DNA of 64,000 nt from Candidatus Enterousia sp. (lineage in GTDB: Bacteria > Pseudomonadota > Alphaproteobacteria > Rs-D84), in assembly GCA_045546075.1 (NCBI GenBank), contig JAZQCF010000008.1, forward strand, positions 17,137 through 81,136, in the 5' to 3' direction. The position numbers and the translations under genes were made by a program. Below, one piece after another: positions 47,116 to 55,074 of the stretch. The notes beneath the pieces were generated by a model. The model was given only the letters and a program-made list of their open reading frames with translations. It did no database searches and was not told where the DNA came from. The stretch's first letter is position 1. Each line of letters starts with the position of its first letter.

Positions 47116-47348
47116 TTGTTCAACGGAAAAATTCGGAAATTTGCTTGATTATCACTGTCTAAAAGCGGATTTACAAAAAGCCGAACAGGATCTGACCACC
47201 GCAAAGCAAAAATTGCGCAGCAGATTTCCGTTTGCAAAACAGAAGTGAATGTTCAATGTGCTTTTTACAAAAAGGCTAAACTGTAAATAATGTATCTTTT
47301 TGGAAAAAACATTGTATAATTGGTGATGATAATTAAAAAGGACAAAAT

Positions 47349-47576
47349 ATGCCAGAAATAGGAAGTATTTACAAACATTATAAAAACCATCAACTTTATC
47401 AAGTAATTGCCATCGGCAAGCATACAGAAACACTAGAAGATCTTGTGGTTTACAAGGCACTATATAAATCAGATGATTTTCCGTATGGTCAGATATGGTG
47501 CAGACCTTTGAAAATGTGGCAGGAAAATATAAATGGCAAACCAAGATTTGAAAAAATTGAAGACAAAAACCAATAA
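47349..47576 (+). CDS. DUF1653-family protein
   Basis: GSIYKHYKNHQLYQVIAIGKHTETLEDLVVYKALY...WCRPLKMW. Confidence 0.7.
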   Translation: MPEIGSIYKHYKNHQLYQVIAIGKHTETLEDLVVYKALYKSDDFPYGQIWCRPLKMWQENINGKPRFEKIEDKNQ

Positions 47577-47700
47577 AAAGGTACATTATTTACACTTGAG
47601 CCAAAATATAAAACAGGAATTATATTTTTTGTGCCTACAACTTGACAATATATAATTTTTGTATTATTTTTGGTAGTAAATAAGACAAAAGGAGCAAAAT

Positions 47701-48081
47701 ATGCTTGTAAATTTGTATGTGCGTTCGCTTGTAACACGCTGGAAATATGAACGAGCGGGGGAAGTAGCGTCAAATCTTATGGACGAACTACTTAAAGACA
47801 AAGCCCCAAAAGAAAAAAAATTTAGGTTTGTCCGAATGTCTGATGGTCAATCATTTTTTATAGAGGCTCCGGCGCCTGCTAGATGTATTAGCGGAAATTA
47901 TATATGTCCACTTTTTAAACCTGGTTCATCGTGCGGACAACGGGATTGCGACGACTATGAAGTCCAGCACCACTATGCTCGTGCATACAACGTATTCGAA
48001 GAAAGACTTAACAAATACATACAGGCAAAAGAAGCGTTGGACGAACGTTTAAAACGTTTGTATCGCGTATTTGGCAAATAA
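47701..48081 (+). CDS. Hypothetical protein (126 aa)
   Basis: AGGAG RBS; no motif recognised. Confidence 0.45.
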   Translation: MLVNLYVRSLVTRWKYERAGEVASNLMDELLKDKAPKEKKFRFVRMSDGQSFFIEAPAPARCISGNYICPLFKPGSSCGQRDCDDYEVQHHYARAYNVFEERLNKYIQAKEALDERLKRLYRVFGK

Positions 48082-48169
48082 TCATACAAATAAAAACGTC
48101 GGTTAAAAAAATTTTACCTATAAAACCGATTTTATGATATAATTCCCCTGTTGTCACAGGGGGATTTTT

Positions 48170-48460
48170 ATGAAAGAAATAATTGCTTATGCATTTTTAT
48201 CTGTTTATACCATTTTGGAATTTGTTGCCTATATTCCCCAGATTATCAAGATATTAAAGACCCGGCATGCCGATGATTTAAGTTTAACATCTTGGTTCGT
48301 GTGGATCACAACCGATTTGTCTTATTTGGGGTATGTTCTGTTGGAAACGCCCGAGGTTGGTGTGATATTTATCGCCACACTAGATTTGGTATTTATTGTG
48401 ACCGTATTCTTGCTAACCGCATATTATCAAAAACACAACAAACGTAAAAAAAGATGCTAG
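48170..48460 (+). CDS. PQ-loop / SemiSWEET-like 3-TM membrane protein
   Basis: 96 aa, three TM segments, YIPQIIKILKTR PQ motif. Confidence 0.6.
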   Translation: MKEIIAYAFLSVYTILEFVAYIPQIIKILKTRHADDLSLTSWFVWITTDLSYLGYVLLETPEVGVIFIATLDLVFIVTVFLLTAYYQKHNKRKKRC

Positions 48461-48465
48461 CACTA

Positions 48466-48595
48466 AAAAAATCCCCGCATTTGCGGGGATTTTGAAATAG
48501 GCAAAAATTATTTTGCTTCTTTTGCGGTCTTTTCGTTCGCGGTTGCAGACAAATCTTCCACAATACGCGCCTTTTTACCGGACAATTTGCGCAAA
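48466..48595. repeat. 130-bp direct repeat B (functional rplS 3' end plus terminator)
   Basis: Partner of 46986-47115. The terminator is AAAATCCCCGC-ATTT-GCGGGGATTTT. Confidence 0.9.
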
Positions 48596-48906
48596 AAGAA
48601 CAATTTCGCACGACGCACACGGCCGATACGAACCTTTTCAATTTTTTCGATTGCCGGGCTGTACAACGGGAATTTGCGTTCCACACCCACGCCGTATGAT
48701 TCGCGACGAACGGTGAAAGACGCGGTATTACCCATACCACCATCACGTGCAATAACAACGCCTTCGAATAACTGAATACGGAATTTGTCGCCATCTTTGA
48801 TTTTTACATGCACGCGCAGTGTATCACCGGCCTTGAAATTCGGGATTGTTTTACCCGCACGCATTTTTTCAACATTTTGTTGTTCTATTTTTTTTACAAT
48901 GTTCAT
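48508..48906 (-). CDS. rplS: 50S ribosomal protein L19
   Basis: [33 protein letters not shown]. Confidence 0.92.
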   Translation of the reverse strand: MNIVKKIEQQNVEKMRAGKTIPNFKAGDTLRVHVKIKDGDKFRIQLFEGVVIARDGGMGNTASFTVRRESYGVGVERKFPLYSPAIEKIEKVRIGRVRRAKLFFLRKLSGKKARIVEDLSATANEKTAKEAK

Positions 48907-49592
48907 TTTTTGTTTTCCTTTATTAAGTCCGGTCGACGTTCTTTTGTTATGTCAACCGATTGTTGTTTCCGCCACCGTTCTATATTGCCGTGGTGACCGG
49001 ACAGCAGGACTTCTGGGACACTTTGTCCACGCCATACTGACGGGCGGGTGTATAACGGCCATTCCAGCCCCCCGATTTCGAAACTTTCATTTGCGGTGGC
49101 CTCAATCCCACCACCGACGACATTATCAACCAATCGAACGCAACTGTCAATAAAAACCTGCGCGGCAACTTCACCCCCCGACAGGATATAATCGCCGATT
49201 GATAATTCGGTTATATTATACATATCAATGACGCGTTGGTCAATTCCTTCGTACCGACCACAGAGCAGGGTGTACACCGCATCATCCGGATTCTTTGCGA
49301 ATTCGCGCACCATTTTTTGACAAAGCCTTGGCCCGCGTGGCGAAAAGTATATAATTTGCCCCGGGTTTTTAATAGAATCAATCGCATTGCCCAACACGTC
49401 GGGGCGCATAACCATACCCGCGCCACCGCCGAATTGCGCGTCATCAACACTGCCGTAATCATTTACGGCAAAATCGCGAATATTTATCACATCATAAGAC
49501 CAAATTCCATTTTCCAACGCGCGCCCAACCACCCCGGCACCAAGTGTGCCCGGAAACATTTCTGGGAAAACAGTCAGTATATTAAAGTGCAT
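48903..49592 (-). CDS. trmD: tRNA (guanine37-N1)-methyltransferase
   Basis: [37 protein letters not shown]. Confidence 0.92.
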   Translation of the reverse strand: MHFNILTVFPEMFPGTLGAGVVGRALENGIWSYDVINIRDFAVNDYGSVDDAQFGGGAGMVMRPDVLGNAIDSIKNPGQIIYFSPRGPRLCQKMVREFAKNPDDAVYTLLCGRYEGIDQRVIDMYNITELSIGDYILSGGEVAAQVFIDSCVRLVDNVVGGGIEATANESFEIGGLEWPLYTRPSVWRGQSVPEVLLSGHHGNIERWRKQQSVDITKERRPDLIKENKK

Positions 49593-49593
49593 T

Positions 49594-49764
49594 TTATCGT
49601 TGTTTCCCGTGCAGTTTTTCCCAACATTTTTCGCATATTTTGCATACTTCTGTGGCGGGTTTGTCTTCCATTTCTGCCGCCACCGCCGGACACTGGTCTA
49701 ACGGCAAACATTTTTTATTACAACTGGTAAGTATTGAATAAATAAAGTCTTTGAAAACGCCCAT
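49594..49764 (-). CDS. Small Cys-rich ORF (56 aa) wedged between rimM and trmD
   Basis: MGVFKDFIYSILTSCNKKCLPLDQCPAVAAEMEDKPATEVCKICEKCWEKLHGKQR. The ATG lies 3 nt after the rimM stop, and its TAA overlaps the trmD ATG region. It is below the ORF-track size cutoff. Confidence 0.45.
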   Translation of the reverse strand: MGVFKDFIYSILTSCNKKCLPLDQCPAVAAEMEDKPATEVCKICEKCWEKLHGKQR

Positions 49765-49767
49765 TTT

Positions 49768-50232
49768 TTACTCCGTATAAATTATGTTTTTATCAAAGTC
49801 AACGGTTGCGCCACGGAAAGAAACCATATCCCCGTTGTCCAGTTCCATAATATCCCCGGCACCAAAGTTTTGAAAGCATACAACGCGTCCCAATATTTCC
49901 CTGTCACGCACAACCGTCATCCCGACCAGGTCTGCCTGGTAATATTCGCCATCTTTTGATGCCGGCAAAGAATCGCGCATTATGAATAATTCGGTTCCGC
50001 GCAGTGTTTCGGCACTGTTTCGGTCATTAATCCCGTCAATTCGTGCGACAATAACATTTGTGTTTGGAACCCTGCGTACAAAGTGAAAGGCATTGGTTGC
50101 GATATTATTGCCGAACACGGGCAAATTTTTGAAATCGTCCGGTGCGGCGGTAAAGGCCTGAACGCGCACTTCACCCCGTATTCCCTGGGGGGCGACGATT
50201 TTTCCAACCAAGATTTGTTTATTATTTTCCAC
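49768..50232 (-). CDS. rimM: Ribosome maturation factor RimM (GTG start)
   Basis: ILVGKIVAPQGIRGEVRV plus a PRC-barrel C-terminus. Confidence 0.88.
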   Translation of the reverse strand: MENNKQILVGKIVAPQGIRGEVRVQAFTAAPDDFKNLPVFGNNIATNAFHFVRRVPNTNVIVARIDGINDRNSAETLRGTELFIMRDSLPASKDGEYYQADLVGMTVVRDREILGRVVCFQNFGAGDIMELDNGDMVSFRGATVDFDKNIIYTE

Positions 50233-50491
50233 GGTGTTTTTTCTTTAACCAGGTTTTATATCGGGCACAATCAAACCCTTCTTTGTTTATGTTCGGGCAT
50301 TCGGCAAAGAAGTCTTCGCCGGGCGACACAAACATATTTTCCCGAAAACGTATGCCCAAACTTTCGGCAATTTTTTTGCGCGCATCCAATTCGTATTGGA
50401 ATTCCCAGCAATGCGCCCGATCATACGGGCAAATATGGTCGCGAATTTGTTCGGGGGTTGGGTCCGCCATATCAAAATCCTTATCGTTCAT
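50222..50491 (-). CDS. Hypothetical protein (89 aa) inside the rpsP-rimM operon
   Basis: Overlaps rimM by 11 nt and the upstream ORF by 11 nt; four Cys; no family recognised. Confidence 0.5.
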   Translation of the reverse strand: MNDKDFDMADPTPEQIRDHICPYDRAHCWEFQYELDARKKIAESLGIRFRENMFVSPGEDFFAECPNINKEGFDCARYKTWLKKKHRGK

Positions 50492-50729
50492 GCACGCCGG
50501 GTATTTTTAACAATGTTTCCCGGATGTCCAGCAAGTAATCTAATTCATCAATACGGTTTTTGTGTGCATATTGCATCATTGGGCAAAGGTTCATGAAATA
50601 ACTGTCGCGCATAATACGACCAAAATCAACATCATCGAATTTGACAGAATCAAATACGAATCCCAACGCCTTTTGACGCAGGCGCGATGGATATTCATGA
50701 TATGGTTGTTTATGCGCGATGTTATTCAT
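50481..50729 (-). CDS. Hypothetical protein (82 aa) inside the rpsP-rimM operon
   Basis: Starts 13 nt after the rpsP stop; no family recognised. Confidence 0.5.
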   Translation of the reverse strand: MNNIAHKQPYHEYPSRLRQKALGFVFDSVKFDDVDFGRIMRDSYFMNLCPMMQYAHKNRIDELDYLLDIRETLLKIPGVHER

Positions 50730-50742
50730 ATTTCAAACCCAA

Positions 50743-51180
50743 TTATTCTGCGGTTGCGCCTTCGGCCGGGGCCTCCGCTGGGGCCTCTGCTGCGGCCTTG
50801 GCGGCTTCTTCTGCCTTGGCTTTTTCTTCGGCTAACTTGGCCAATTTATCGGCTTTGTCTTTGATTTTCTGCAGTGTCTTTTCGCTTTGCAGGTTTTTCT
50901 TGGTCTGGTTCGGCACAACGCGTTTTGCGACCAAACCGGCGTTTGCCAAGAAACGATACACACGGTCAGACGGCTTTGCGCCCTTGGCCATCCAAGCCTT
51001 GATTTCATCAATTTTCAAAATAACGCGTTTTTCATTATCGCGTGCCAACATTGGGTCATATTTACCAACGACTTCCAGAACATTACCGGAATTACGTGCG
51101 CTGCGTGAATCGACCACAACAATGTGGTAATACGGGCGTTTTTTTGCACCATGACGTGCCAAACGAATAACAGTTGCCAT
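50743..51180 (-). CDS. rpsP: 30S ribosomal protein S16 with Ala/Lys/Glu-rich C-terminal extension
   Basis: MATVIRLARHGAKKRPYYHIVVVDSRSARNSG. Confidence 0.92.
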   Translation of the reverse strand: MATVIRLARHGAKKRPYYHIVVVDSRSARNSGNVLEVVGKYDPMLARDNEKRVILKIDEIKAWMAKGAKPSDRVYRFLANAGLVAKRVVPNQTKKNLQSEKTLQKIKDKADKLAKLAEEKAKAEEAAKAAAEAPAEAPAEGATAE

Positions 51181-51210
51181 ATATTTACTCCTTTTGGGTT
51201 TGTTATTTTA

Positions 51211-51277
51211 TCCCACAAAGCCTTGGCGAAGTGGGAAAACTGTTTTTTATCCACAAAGAAAACCGCCATCAAGGGTG
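51211..51277 (-). promoter_or_regulatory. rpsP 5'-UTR motif shared with rplY leader
   Basis: mRNA sense: CACCCTTGATGG ... TCCCAC-TTCGCCAAGGCTTT-GTGGGA. The same two blocks occur at 60745-60800. Confidence 0.5.
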
Positions 51278-51355
51278 AAACTCACCGGATGATGCTCCTT
51301 GTGCATACCGCACACAGGTTTTATTCAAATGGCAATCTTTGGGATTTGCGCGTCC

Positions 51356-51384
51356 ATTATGTATCAAAAATATTGGAAAGTCAA
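51356..51384 (-). promoter_or_regulatory. Promoter of rpsP operon
   Basis: TTGACT, 17-nt spacer, CATAAT on the minus strand. Confidence 0.55.
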
Positions 51385-51393
51385 GGCGTTTTC

Positions 51394-51420
51394 AAAAATA
51401 ATGCGGGGCGAATGCCCCGC
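51394..51420 (-). terminator. Orphan intrinsic terminator upstream of the rpsP promoter
   Basis: GCGGGGC-ATTC-GCCCCGC followed by ATTATTTTT on the minus strand. Confidence 0.5.
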
Positions 51421-51467
51421 ACACTAACCCATTGTCGCGACGGAGCACACAAAGTGTGCGTAGACGG

Positions 51468-51487
51468 AACTAACACTAACCACTAAT
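51468..51487 (-). repeat. Stop-rich heptamer repeat copy (orphan)
   Basis: Minus strand TTAGTGGTTAGTGTTAGTT, the same 18-nt core as at 53602. Confidence 0.7.
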
Positions 51488-51493
51488 TTTCTC

Positions 51494-51525
51494 TTGACCC
51501 CGAATCGTGTTTTTTGTTAGAATGT
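51494..51525 (+). promoter_or_regulatory. Promoter of leader copy 3 / F4-F5
   Basis: TTGACC, 18-nt spacer, TAGAAT. Confidence 0.6.
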
Positions 51526-51531
51526 ATTTGA

Positions 51532-51730
51532 ACCAATGGGAAGCCATTCTCGGTTCGGGCTGTCGTAGGCCCACATCTTGGACGGCACACAATTTTTTTG
51601 GGTGTGCCAAATACCCCGCCTGTCGGGGTGCCGATGGTTATAATGCGCTGTCAAAAGGCCTATCGGGATCAACTTCCAAGATGTGATTTACGAACACCCC
51701 GACCGTCTGTTTTCCACGACGGTTTATTTA
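51532..51730 (+). promoter_or_regulatory. Structured 5' leader copy 3 (candidate riboswitch/attenuator) with terminator 51702-51730
   Basis: Homologous to copies 1 and 2, with compensated hairpins 51584-51608 and 51614-51628. GTCGGGGTG:CACCCCGAC is an alternative helix. The terminator is ACCGTC...GACGGT-TTATTT. Confidence 0.6.
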
Positions 51731-51774
51731 TACACAAAACAATCCCTGTGAGGGGGAAAGGAGAAAAACAAGCG

Positions 51775-52329
51775 ATGAAAAATTCCAAAATTCTATTATT
51801 TGGCGCGGTGGTGTCGGTATTGACATCGGGCGCATTTGCCGCAACAACAACCCAAACCGTCACGACCCGGGGTTATGTTGATACCGCGGTTGCGACCAAA
51901 CAGAATAAATTATCCGGCACGTCCGGTTATGCCGTCACATACGGCGCAAGCGCGGGTACAACGGATGAACGGCAAATCGTAACATCACTTGGGTCGGACA
52001 CGACGGCGACGACATTGCCGACAACGGGCGCGGTGGTTGCGGGCCTGAACGCTAAACAAAATACATTAAACGGCGCGGCAAACAGTGTTATTACATATAC
52101 CGGCACGGCGGGCGGCACCGGTTCCAAGGGTGTGTACCAGGCATCAGGTTCGTATTCATCCCAAACAAACAATTTGGCCGAGGCCGGACATGTAAACACG
52201 GCGGTTGCGAACGCGTTTAATGCACATTTAACATGCAATACATACGCAACGCCGGGTGATAGCAGCAGTGATTGTTTGCTCTGGAATGTGAACAATTTGT
52301 CGGGCACATATATGCCAGAGAATCAATAA
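51775..52329 (+). CDS. Secreted YVD/CLLW-family protein, paralog F4 (184 aa)
   Basis: GGAG RBS, signal ending AFA, TTRGYVDTAVATKQNKL, AVTYG, TTGAV, LTC...DCLLW. Confidence 0.7.
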   Translation: MKNSKILLFGAVVSVLTSGAFAATTTQTVTTRGYVDTAVATKQNKLSGTSGYAVTYGASAGTTDERQIVTSLGSDTTATTLPTTGAVVAGLNAKQNTLNGAANSVITYTGTAGGTGSKGVYQASGSYSSQTNNLAEAGHVNTAVANAFNAHLTCNTYATPGDSSSDCLLWNVNNLSGTYMPENQ

Positions 52330-52425
52330 CCGTCATACCGATGTAAATCGGTATCTTGTCGGTTCAAGATGCAGATAGGGTATCAGGCGGTTGCAAAGAG
52401 ATCCCGTGTCAAGCACGGGATGACG
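52330..52425. repeat. MITE-like palindromic element between F4 and F5
   Basis: CCGTCATACCGAT-GTAA-ATCGGTATC ... GATCCCGTG-TCAAG-CACGGGATGACG. The termini match the GTCAT(A/C)CCG arms of the GIY-YIG cassette, and it starts at the first nt after the F4 stop. Confidence 0.7.
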
Positions 52426-52442
52426 AAAAAAGGACAGAGAAT

Positions 52443-53459
52443 ATGAAACTATCAAAATACGGTTTTAATGTTGCATTGGCTTTATTATTGGTGCCAGGAA
52501 TTATAGGTTCTGCATTTGCTGACACGGGCACAATAACCAGTCGTGAATATGTTGATGATTTGTTGGATACCAAACAGGCGCAAATTCCTGCATTAAACAC
52601 GAACACAATTGTTACATATGGCACAAGCGATGGAGTGATTGGTCAACAAACGATAGTAACCGCGCTGGGGACGGACGCAACGGCGACAACATCCCCAACC
52701 GCTGGCGCAGTGAATACCGGATTAAGTGCAAAACAAAATATAGCGAACGGTACGGCGAACTATGTTATGACCGGCACCGGCACCGCCGGCACACTCGGCG
52801 AAAAACCGGTCTACAGCGCGACAACAAACTACACAAATGCCTTGGTGACGGCACAAACAATCAACACCGCCGCCATGGACGCCGCCAACAGTGAACTGAC
52901 CTGTATCGATAACGATTGCCTGCTGTGGCAGATTCGCACCACAACCCCATCCGGCCTATCCATACGAATAGATTTTAATCCAGACACAAGTATTAGCGGG
53001 ACATCTGTTTGTTGGCGTAATTTATCTAATGAAGGAAACTATGCAAATTACGATGGTACATGCAGCGCATCAACATTATCATATATTGGGGCCAGTGGAA
53101 GCAAAAGTGGCAAATGGGGGACAGTATTTTCGTATGGAGACGTTAGCGGGATAAGTGTGTGTAGTTCAACAACAAAAAATTCGGTGGGGACAATAGTTGC
53201 CACGGATGCACAGGCAGCGGTATTAGACAGTGAGTATCTTGCACAAACGGGTATCGGACTCGGTGATACGGAATTAAATACAAATTACCATTGTTGGTGT
53301 AAAATGGAAAATCCCGGAACTTCAAAATGGATTTATGTACGGACTTTGAACTATGGTGGTACCAGATGTTCCGATATATGTGTAAATGATTGCGCGCGCG
53401 ATGTACGGGACAATAGTAGTGGCAATTTTAGGACAACCATGTATGGCACGATAAATTAA
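52443..53459 (+). CDS. Secreted YVD/CLLW-family protein, paralog F5 (338 aa) with extra Cys-rich C-terminal domain
   Basis: Signal ending AFA, TSREYVDDLLDTKQAQI, IVTYG, TAGAV, LTC..DCLLW, then ~170 additional aa. Confidence 0.7.
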   Translation: MKLSKYGFNVALALLLVPGIIGSAFADTGTITSREYVDDLLDTKQAQIPALNTNTIVTYGTSDGVIGQQTIVTALGTDATATTSPTAGAVNTGLSAKQNIANGTANYVMTGTGTAGTLGEKPVYSATTNYTNALVTAQTINTAAMDAANSELTCIDNDCLLWQIRTTTPSGLSIRIDFNPDTSISGTSVCWRNLSNEGNYANYDGTCSASTLSYIGASGSKSGKWGTVFSYGDVSGISVCSSTTKNSVGTIVATDAQAAVLDSEYLAQTGIGLGDTELNTNYHCWCKMENPGTSKWIYVRTLNYGGTRCSDICVNDCARDVRDNSSGNFRTTMYGTIN

Positions 53460-53505
53460 CGGATAATTGTTCAAAATAATATGTTTTAATACTATATAAT
53501 TTGGT

Positions 53506-53531
53506 ACCCCGGCATTGTCCGGGGTGTTTTT
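53506..53531 (+). terminator. Terminator of F4-F5 unit
   Basis: ACCCCGG-CATTGT-CCGGGGT followed by GTTTTT. Confidence 0.75.
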
Positions 53532-53570
53532 ATGCAACAATTGCCGTGAATACTGCGCCGTGGTTACATT

Positions 53571-53597
53571 AAAAAGGTTGCCAAACGCAACCTTTTT
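53571..53597. terminator. Terminator of gdh (bidirectional shape)
   Basis: AAAAAGGTTGC-CAAAC-GCAACCTTTTT. Confidence 0.75.
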
Positions 53598-53601
53598 AAA
53601 T

Positions 53602-53624
53602 ACTAACACTAACCACTAACTAAC
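53602..53624 (-). repeat. Stop-rich heptamer repeat overlapping the gdh stop codon
   Basis: Minus strand TGT TAG TTAGTGGTTAGTGTTAGT. Confidence 0.75.
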
Positions 53625-54873
53625 ACCACCCGCGCAGTTTCATTGCCGTTGCAACGCGTTTAATGGAATACATATATGCGGCCTCGCGCATAGATACATT
53701 ATATTCACATTTTATTTTATAAATCGCATCAAATGCGGTAATCATCGCATGGCGTTCTTTGTCTTCAACCTCGCTTTCCGGCCAATAATAACCATAACGA
53801 TTTTGCACCCATTCAAAGTACGAAACCGTCACGCCACCGGCGTTCGCTAAAATATCTGGCACAATCATAACGCCGCGTGCGGCCAATATTTCTTCGCCGT
53901 CCAGTGTGGTTGGACCGTTTGCGCCTTCGACAATTAAATTGGTTTTAATCAACGGCGCGGTGTCTTTGTTGATGGTGTTTTCCATCGCGCACGGCGACAA
54001 CACATCCACATCCAGACCCCAAAATTCATCGGCGGAAATAACCCGTGCACCCGGGAAATCCTTGATTGACCCCGCGTTTTTGTTTTTATATTCCATCAAT
54101 GCATCAATGTCCAAGCCCGCATCATTAAACAGGATTGTATTCCATTCCGCAATCGCAACAATTTTTGCGCCCATATCCGCCGCGCATTTGGCGGTAAAAG
54201 ACCCAACGTTGCCAAAACCCTGAATCGCAATGCGCGCGCCATTTATATCTTTGTTCAATGTCTTTAATGCGGATGCGATTGTAATCGCAATGCCCAAACC
54301 CGTCGCACGCGTGCGTCCCAACGAACCATTTAATTCAACCGGTTTTCCGGTAAATGTGCCAAACGAATTGTCGCCCGTCAGTTTTATATATTCGTCAATC
54401 ATCCAAGACATAATTTGCCCGTTTGTGTTGACATCCGGTGCCGGCACATCACACTTTTCGCCCAAAATCGGGTAAATCGCATCAACATATCCACGCGACA
54501 GCCGTTCCAATTCGCCCGCCGACAGTGTTTTCGGGTCAACGATAATGCCACCCTTGCCACCACCATAGGGCAGGCCCGTCACGGCGCATTTGAACGTCAT
54601 CCAAATAGAAAGTGCCGATACTTCGTCACGTGACACCATTGGGTGGAAACGAATTCCGCCTTTGCTTGGACCCAATGCGGTATTATGTTGCGCACGGAAT
54701 CCTGTAAAGGTTTTTATCGAACCATCGTCCATTTTGACCGGAATTTGCACCTCTACGATGCGTGCCGGATTTTTAAGAATTTCATATACGTTCGGTTCCA
54801 TTCCCAATTTATCACACGCCGATTTAACGCGCGCCTGGGCGGCAACCAAAGGGTTCAAATTTTCAACTGACAT
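53620..54873 (-). CDS. Glutamate dehydrogenase (Glu/Leu/Phe/Val dehydrogenase family)
   Basis: PSKGGIRFHP active-site Lys region and GFGNVG dinucleotide fold. Confidence 0.9.
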   Translation of the reverse strand: MSVENLNPLVAAQARVKSACDKLGMEPNVYEILKNPARIVEVQIPVKMDDGSIKTFTGFRAQHNTALGPSKGGIRFHPMVSRDEVSALSIWMTFKCAVTGLPYGGGKGGIIVDPKTLSAGELERLSRGYVDAIYPILGEKCDVPAPDVNTNGQIMSWMIDEYIKLTGDNSFGTFTGKPVELNGSLGRTRATGLGIAITIASALKTLNKDINGARIAIQGFGNVGSFTAKCAADMGAKIVAIAEWNTILFNDAGLDIDALMEYKNKNAGSIKDFPGARVISADEFWGLDVDVLSPCAMENTINKDTAPLIKTNLIVEGANGPTTLDGEEILAARGVMIVPDILANAGGVTVSYFEWVQNRYGYYWPESEVEDKERHAMITAFDAIYKIKCEYNVSMREAAYMYSIKRVATAMKLRGWC

Positions 54874-54988
54874 TTTTATTTCTCCTGGTTAAAAACATAA
54901 TTACGGTATACGACCAAATACACAAAAAATCAAATATAAAAATTTCTGGACAATTCCACAGACAAAGTATAGAATACGAACACTGTTT

Positions 54989-55062
54989 GCGGGCGTGGTA
55001 TAATGGCAGCACGAAAGCTTCCCAAGCTTTAGACGAGGGTTCGATTCCCTTCGCCCGCACCA
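54989..55062 (+). tRNA. tRNA-Gly (anticodon CCC)
   Basis: GCGGGCG acceptor, anticodon arm AAAGC-TTCCCAA-GCTTT, T arm GAGGGTTCGATTCCCTT, CCA encoded. Confidence 0.85.
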
Positions 55063-55074
55063 AGATTCAATATT

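Noticed and set aside
47028-47237. 69-aa minus-strand ORF and 71-aa plus-strand ORF (47033-47248) as genes
   Set aside because: The minus ORF is only the duplicated rplS tail fused to junk. The plus ORF begins antisense to that fragment. Only its last ~30 codons look protein-like (a coiled-coil remnant) and it has no start context.
47152-47586. 144-aa minus-strand ORF
   Set aside because: It is antisense to the DUF1653 gene and AT-rich intergenic DNA, and its composition is implausible.
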